Part shown: positions 58,805-64,000 of the stretch, in pieces
How the letters are laid out: the number at the start of each line of letters is the position of its first letter
Position numbering within the stretch: the stretch's first letter is position 1
NCBI GenBank assembly: GCA_027923505.1
Contig: BROI01000003.1
Location: 868,001 to 932,000 of the forward strand
Reading direction: 5' to 3'
Source: Mayamaea pseudoterrestris
Lineage: Eukaryota
DNA: 64,000 nt
The notes under the pieces: model-generated
Databases searched by the model: none
What the model was told of the DNA's origin: nothing
The model's input: the letters and a program-made list of their open reading frames with translations, nothing else
Position numbers and translations under genes: made by a program

Positions 58805-60508
58805 ATGCAGCGATCGCCGTGCATTAACGTATGTTTTCAACCCTTGACAAGGATGCGCTGGTTGAGTTTATTTTTAATTCCGCTCTCAACAATTCGCCAA
58901 ACGACAGCCTTTACCTTTGTACGTCAGTCGTCTCCTTTTAAATCGACGTTTCCGTCAAATGCCGAGACGTCGACATGCCTATCATCAGCATCAACAGCAA
59001 ACAATCTGCAATCTCTTGCACAAGATCTCAACGACGCCTTGGCTGGTTGCCAAGCTGATTTGACGCGCACCTGCCATGTTCGCGTCGCAGCAATTGACAA
59101 TGCCGATGGAATTGCCTATCGACTCGGCATGGTTGCAACGCGCGACTTGAAAGCTGGCGAAACCGTGCTGCAAATGCCTTTTGATGAAAGATTTATGTTG
59201 ACGGCTGACGTTGCACGTAAATACGTCTTATCGCCAACATTGCATGCGAGTGACAGCAGCACTAATTTTGACGAATACACTGGCTGGACCGGAGACGCTG
59301 GTTTGATTGCCCTGCAGCTGCTGCAGGAATTGGCCCGCGCATCTGGTGTGTACGATAGCGCATCAATCAATAAACATTTGCCAGTCCGAGACGCGAGCCT
59401 GCAAGCTTTTATGAATCGCTGGGTGATGGCCTTGCCCACAACGCGCGAGCTGAGCAAGCATCATCCATTATTGTGGCCGGAAGAGGATCAAGAAATCTTG
59501 CAGTCATCGTCGACCAACAAAATTTATCGGCGACTTGATGACTTGGAGGAAGATTTTGGTTGGCTCGCGGAAAATATCTTTGTCAAGCATCGGAAGCAGT
59601 ATCCCGAAGCAGTGGTGGCAGCGAATGGCGAAACAATGGATTGTTTCAACCTCAAAGGATTCAAGTGGGCACTGGCCAATACACTGTCGCGCACGGTCTT
59701 TGTAGATGGCGCGTTGCGGTTATTGCCGATTTTCGATTTCTTCAATCACCATGACGAGGACGGTAAGGAGGTGGAGCTAGGATACATGGGCGCCTTTAAA
59801 ACCATGAAAGGCGCGCAGGTTGCCGTACCAGTACGCTGTCGAGCCGGTGAGCAGGTTTTTTGCTCGTATGGTCCAAAAAGCGCCGCCGAGTACTTGCTTG
59901 AGCATGGTTTTTGTTCAAAGCAGGCTTTAAAGACAGCCGTCGCGGAAGTTACATTGGAGCTAGATCCGGACGATCGATTCTACGACGACAAGCTTGATAT
60001 ATTGGAATTTGAAACGTACGACCAAGCTCCTATGGACCCGGTCCAGAAATTTGACCTCATTAGTGCTCCTGGACGTGATGGAGATCCCGATCCGGCCATG
60101 ATACAGTTTGTAAGGCTTTGCAAGCTTGGAGGTGCCGACGCTTTCTTACTGGAATCCATTTTTCGGAAAGAGGCTTGGGATTTCATGGCATTGCCAGTCT
60201 CGGAGGCCAACGAGCTTCAAGTCATCAATGCCGTGACAGCGGTCTGCCAAGCAGCACTCGATGAATTCGACACATGTTCTGAAGGTGGACCTGAAATATG
60301 TACCAAAATTAGACAGCTAGAACGAAAAGCGCTTTCTGGCACTATGGAGTACTTGCTGAGAGAAAAGGAGGCGCTGGATTTGAAAGAATACTACCAACAA
60401 AGGCGGCTCAAAGATTTGGGTCTTGATAGTCCATGGACACCTGAGGATGACCCCGACATTGGCTATGGGCAAACGAGAGCACCGGGTAGTGCCGATTACG
60501 ACTGGTAG
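58805..60508 (+). CDS. Plastid Rubisco LSMT-type SET methyltransferase
   Basis: TTA-FTF presequence; LGMVATRDL, LPIFDFFNH, GEQVFCSYG, LLEHGF; DRFYDDKLDILE in the substrate-binding domain. Confidence 0.88.
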   Translation: MQRSPCINVCFQPLTRMRWLSLFLIPLSTIRQTTAFTFVRQSSPFKSTFPSNAETSTCLSSASTANNLQSLAQDLNDALAGCQADLTRTCHVRVAAIDNADGIAYRLGMVATRDLKAGETVLQMPFDERFMLTADVARKYVLSPTLHASDSSTNFDEYTGWTGDAGLIALQLLQELARASGVYDSASINKHLPVRDASLQAFMNRWVMALPTTRELSKHHPLLWPEEDQEILQSSSTNKIYRRLDDLEEDFGWLAENIFVKHRKQYPEAVVAANGETMDCFNLKGFKWALANTLSRTVFVDGALRLLPIFDFFNHHDEDGKEVELGYMGAFKTMKGAQVAVPVRCRAGEQVFCSYGPKSAAEYLLEHGFCSKQALKTAVAEVTLELDPDDRFYDDKLDILEFETYDQAPMDPVQKFDLISAPGRDGDPDPAMIQFVRLCKLGGADAFLLESIFRKEAWDFMALPVSEANELQVINAVTAVCQAALDEFDTCSEGGPEICTKIRQLERKALSGTMEYLLREKEALDLKEYYQQRRLKDLGLDSPWTPEDDPDIGYGQTRAPGSADYDW

Positions 60509-60533
60509 ATATTTTCATCTATTTATTTGCTGA

Positions 60534-62123
60534 TTACGCTTCTTGTAAGTTAGTGATGCGGCCGTCGACGAGTGGTTCAATAGCAAATTGATCAATGCTG
60601 TCATCATGCAGAGCTCGTTCAAACATGTTCGCAGCTTTTTGTAATGCCGAAGTGGTAAGGCCTTCCCATTGGCGCACCACTGAAAGTTCCGTAAAATAGT
60701 TTCGTACCAACGTCGGAAGCGGTGGGCAAAGTTCGTCGTCAAGAATAATTGGTGCACCTAGAAACGCATCATAACCATCCTTACCCGCAAGCAAGTACGT
60801 TTTCGTGACGACATGATATGTCTTGTTCAGATCAATAGCCTCAAATATAATACCGTCCCCATTACGAGAAGAAGCATGGTACTCTTCCCCGCGTCGATGG
60901 ACTAAATGGTCCACTCGCTTTCTCACAAAGACGGATCCGTCCACCACGCGAGATCCGGCTGGACGGCTGGGATCAAACTTGAATCGAATTCCGTCGACGC
61001 ATGGAAATCTACCTTCCATGGCTGGGTATTGCGATACACCATTCTCCAGTGCTGCGACAAGCTTGAAGCCCGTAAGAGCAACAACTGCAACTGGATCAGC
61101 AACCGGTAGCAAATCACATAAATCCTGTACCTTGAGTATACCTTTGTGAATCATGCGATCTGCTCGAATGGAGCCAGAGTTGAGGATCGTGACATCGGCG
61201 TTGGTCGCATGAGTCAAAATGGATGCAAAAAAGTTCGATATATTGGTTTCCTTGGTTCTAATTTCGGAGAAGCGGGCATCCAAATCCACTTTCGTAGAGC
61301 CAATGATTATCTCCATGTTCTTGGCAGCTTCGTCACTAAAATGCCGAACAATCTCGGCAGTGGCAGCATCCTCCTCCATGTCCTTGGTGATTGTGACTCG
61401 CTGCGTCGACAAATCATCCTTGGCGTTAACCTTGACAAGCGTAAAGTCGCTAAAATCCGATCCCGAGTTCAAAATATGAAGGTGATTTATGATCGTATCT
61501 TCGTAATGATGGTCATGTCCGCCAAGGATAATGTCAATCAATTCTCCGCATTGTTCCGCCAAGACGTAATCGTTGGGCATTCGCATGTGGCTCGCCGCAA
61601 TCACCATGTCAAAGGGACCTTGTTCCTGAGTGATCTCCGGCACTCGTCACTTAACATAGTCAGAAAATTCTTCAAACTCAATGTCATCCGGTTCCACGCC
61701 GCAAAGCGTTTCAATCCATCCATACTCGATCAAGCCAATTACCAGAAACCTTAGTCCTTTTCTTTCTATAATGACGAATTCCTCGCAGCCTCCAAGAGGT
61801 TGATTATCATCAACGGATCGAACGTTGCTGCAAATCCACGGAAAGTTGCAGACTGCCTTGAGGTGACCGAATTCCACCAAGCCAAAATCTAAGTCGTGGT
61901 TTCCAAGACAAGCGCAATCAATCTTGAGCGCATTCAATATTGGAATCATTTGCATACCCCTCAAGCTGGTCGAAAGGCTTGAAGGAGAAAATGCATCACC
62001 CGAAAAGATGGTGAGACAAGGGCAGCCATCAGCATCGCTCTGTGCGGCTCGAACAGCGGCGATGAAGCGAGGCGACTTTTCCACATTGTACAAGTCATTA
62101 AAATGAATTAAAGTTGTGTTCAT
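60534..62123 (-). pseudogene. 5'-nucleotidase/apyrase family gene with one in-frame TGA (61647-61649)
   Basis: HFNDLY, FSGDAF, LGNHDLDFG, SHM, ILGGHDH, LNSGSIR; both ORFs lie in one frame: GAC TAT GTT AAG TGA CGA GTG CCG. Pseudogene status is not established. Confidence 0.7.
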
Positions 62124-62235
62124 CGTATGAGTATCTTGTGCTATCGCAGGTAACTAAATGCAGTATGCTTGTCAACTTACGCAATTTGCTGTGGCTGATG
62201 TCGGCAAATTATTGACCGCATCAAACGGAGCTTTC

Positions 62236-62648
62236 TGCCTTGTGACGTAATTGACATTGGCACTCGTTGCGTATTATTGCCTTGTGACGTCATTGACACT
62301 GGCACTCGTTGCGTACTATCGCCTTGTGACGTAATTGACACTGGCACTCGTTTCTTACTATTGCCTTGTTACGTAGTTTTCACTGGCACTCGTTTCATGC
62401 TATTGCCTTGTGACGCTGTTTTCACTGGCACTCGTTTCATAATAATGCCTGATGACGCAGTTTTCACTGGCACTTGTTTCATACTATTGCCTGATGACGC
62501 AGTTTTCACTGGCATCCGTTTCATGCTATTGCCTTGTGACGCTGTTTTCACTGGCATTCGTTTCATACTATTGCCTGATGACGTTATTGACACTGGCACT
62601 CGTTTCGTACTATTGCCTGGTGACGTTTTTGACACTGGCACTCGTTTC
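62236..62648. repeat. 42-bp tandem array, ~10 units
   Basis: Units every 42 nt from 62236; consensus TGCCTTGTGACG-N7-CACTGGCACTCGTTTC-ATACTAT. Confidence 0.97.
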
Positions 62649-63162
62649 GACGCTTGACAATGGATGGAGGCTGCGACGCATTCACAGTCAATTTGGTTGC
62701 TTTGCACAACACGAGAGCTGTGCTTCTCGACGAGTGTACATTGGATCTCATGCATTGCATACAAAACATTTAAACGCTTCCGCCATGTCGGAGATGGCGA
62801 TGCAGCGCGAATCTTTGCCGAATGCATGCAGTGCGAAGTGTTGACGGCCCATTTTGTGATCAGCAAGCCAAATCTCATCGTGGCAATCCGACGAATGTAG
62901 AAAGATAGCGCTGCGCCATTGACGACAAAGTATCAACTAAACTCAATTCAAAATTGCATCGAAACGGTTCACTCACAGACGCTGCGAAAGTTGCTGCAGC
63001 AGGGGCTAGTATTGTTGCTGATACCATTCTGGAGAAGCTGTCTCTTGGAGAAGGGTCTACACATTTGTCGTCATTTAGGATGCCGCAAAACGAACGGTCG
63101 AGGCTTGTAAGGATAAATAGACTCCCGTATTTCATTGTCAAGAGCTATTAAATTATCACACC

Positions 63163-64000
63163 TCAGATCATTAACTTCTTCTTGACGGATCGGTGCACAG
63201 GCGGAACGGATATCTTTGACTTCTTCTCAACAGCCGCGTCGGCACTCTTGGTCGCACTTGGTTTGCGCTTTTTGCCATTTTGCTTAGTTTTTGGCTTTGC
63301 CGTGAGTTTAAACTTTGCATCTTTGCTTGTCGTCACGTCAGCCTCGTTCGTTATATCTGGCTTGGAATCAACAGGTTCGCCAGGCCGCTTGTCGCTTAGT
63401 TTTTGAATCTTGCAAACGTAAAAACCATCCATATTGTGAACGTGTGGGTAGAAACGGCGTGTTAGTGCCAAAGATGGATGAAAACGCTTCTGCTGGTAGC
63501 GCGTAAAACCTGGTGTGCCAAAGTCAAGTCCAGACTCAACGATGCGAATGTCGCGCTTTGATAGGGCGTAATTGACAACTTCTTCATTCTCAGCAACAGC
63601 CACGCTGCAAGTAGAGTATACCATGAAACCACCTGTCGTGCCCTTGCATTTTAAAGCGTCAATTGCAACTAAAATAAGCTCCTTTTGGAGGTGAGAGCAT
63701 TGGTTGATCTCCTCCATTGTTCGCTGCACCTTCACACTTGGGTCCCGGCTAATGACTCCCAAACCGGAACAAGGTGCGTCCAACAGAATACGATCAAATC
63801 GATTCTTGAACAAGACCCCAAGCTTTCTGCCGTCATGCTTGCAAGCAACGACATTCTTCACTCCAAGCCGATGCATGTTTGCCACAGTAGCCTTCTGGCG
63901 GTCCGCCTTCAAATCATTCGCAAATATCACGCCAGTGTTCCGCATCAGCTGAGCAATGTAGGAAGTCTTGCCACCAGGTGCCGCGGCCATGTCAAGCACG
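63163..64000 (-). CDS. NOP2: NOP2/NSUN1 rRNA m5C methyltransferase, 3' part
   Basis: LDMAAAPGGKT, FDRILLDAPCSG, VYSTCS, RFYPHVHNMDGFY. Confidence 0.95.
   Translation of the reverse strand, partial: VLDMAAAPGGKTSYIAQLMRNTGVIFANDLKADRQKATVANMHRLGVKNVVACKHDGRKLGVLFKNRFDRILLDAPCSGLGVISRDPSVKVQRTMEEINQCSHLQKELILVAIDALKCKGTTGGFMVYSTCSVAVAENEEVVNYALSKRDIRIVESGLDFGTPGFTRYQQKRFHPSLALTRRFYPHVHNMDGFYVCKIQKLSDKRPGEPVDSKPDITNEADVTTSKDAKFKLTAKPKTKQNGKKRKPSATKSADAAVEKKSKISVPPVHRSVKKKLMI

Noticed and set aside
62236..62648. 42-bp arrays as CRISPR or TIGR-type guide arrays
   Set aside because: Variable segments are only 6-7 nt, AT-rich and mostly recurring variants rather than unique spacers; no cas or Nop-domain effector gene in the window; eukaryotic context. 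Processed small RNAs of unit length would reopen this.
62277..62878. ORFs running through the arrays (also 27024-27424) as repeat proteins
   Set aside because: A period divisible by 3 keeps several frames open on both strands; no frame is consistently preserved across the three loci
62660..63151. Possible small gene between the array and NOP2
   Set aside because: Only short ORFs in shifting frames with no recognisable motif

Overview
Gene-dense eukaryotic nuclear DNA, almost certainly from a diatom. The evidence is short GT-AG introns, bipartite ASAFAP-type plastid presequences, signal-peptide tandem-SET proteins, a DUF285 protein and a Copia retroelement. About 30 protein genes are present: transcription factors (bHLH, bZIP, bHLH-PAS), a TBC RabGAP, NDK, PRP38, LIS1, two head-to-head leishmanolysins, three SET proteins, three 2OG-Fe(II) oxygenases, a USP, MetAP2, a 5'-nucleotidase and NOP2. 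Three structures stand out. (1) A dispersed family of 42-bp tandem arrays at about 14.7, 27.1 and 62.2 kb, each 110-160 bp upstream of a start codon, with modular units; one sub-module is flipped in the 27-kb array and the 62-kb array is a mosaic of two subtypes. (2) A three-gene tandem duplication whose junction is a 5'-truncated Copia element that donates a new start codon to one FN3-nucleoredoxin copy. (3) A 5'-nucleotidase broken only by one in-frame TGA. Exon boundaries were read by eye and family assignments rest on motifs; no database search was run.
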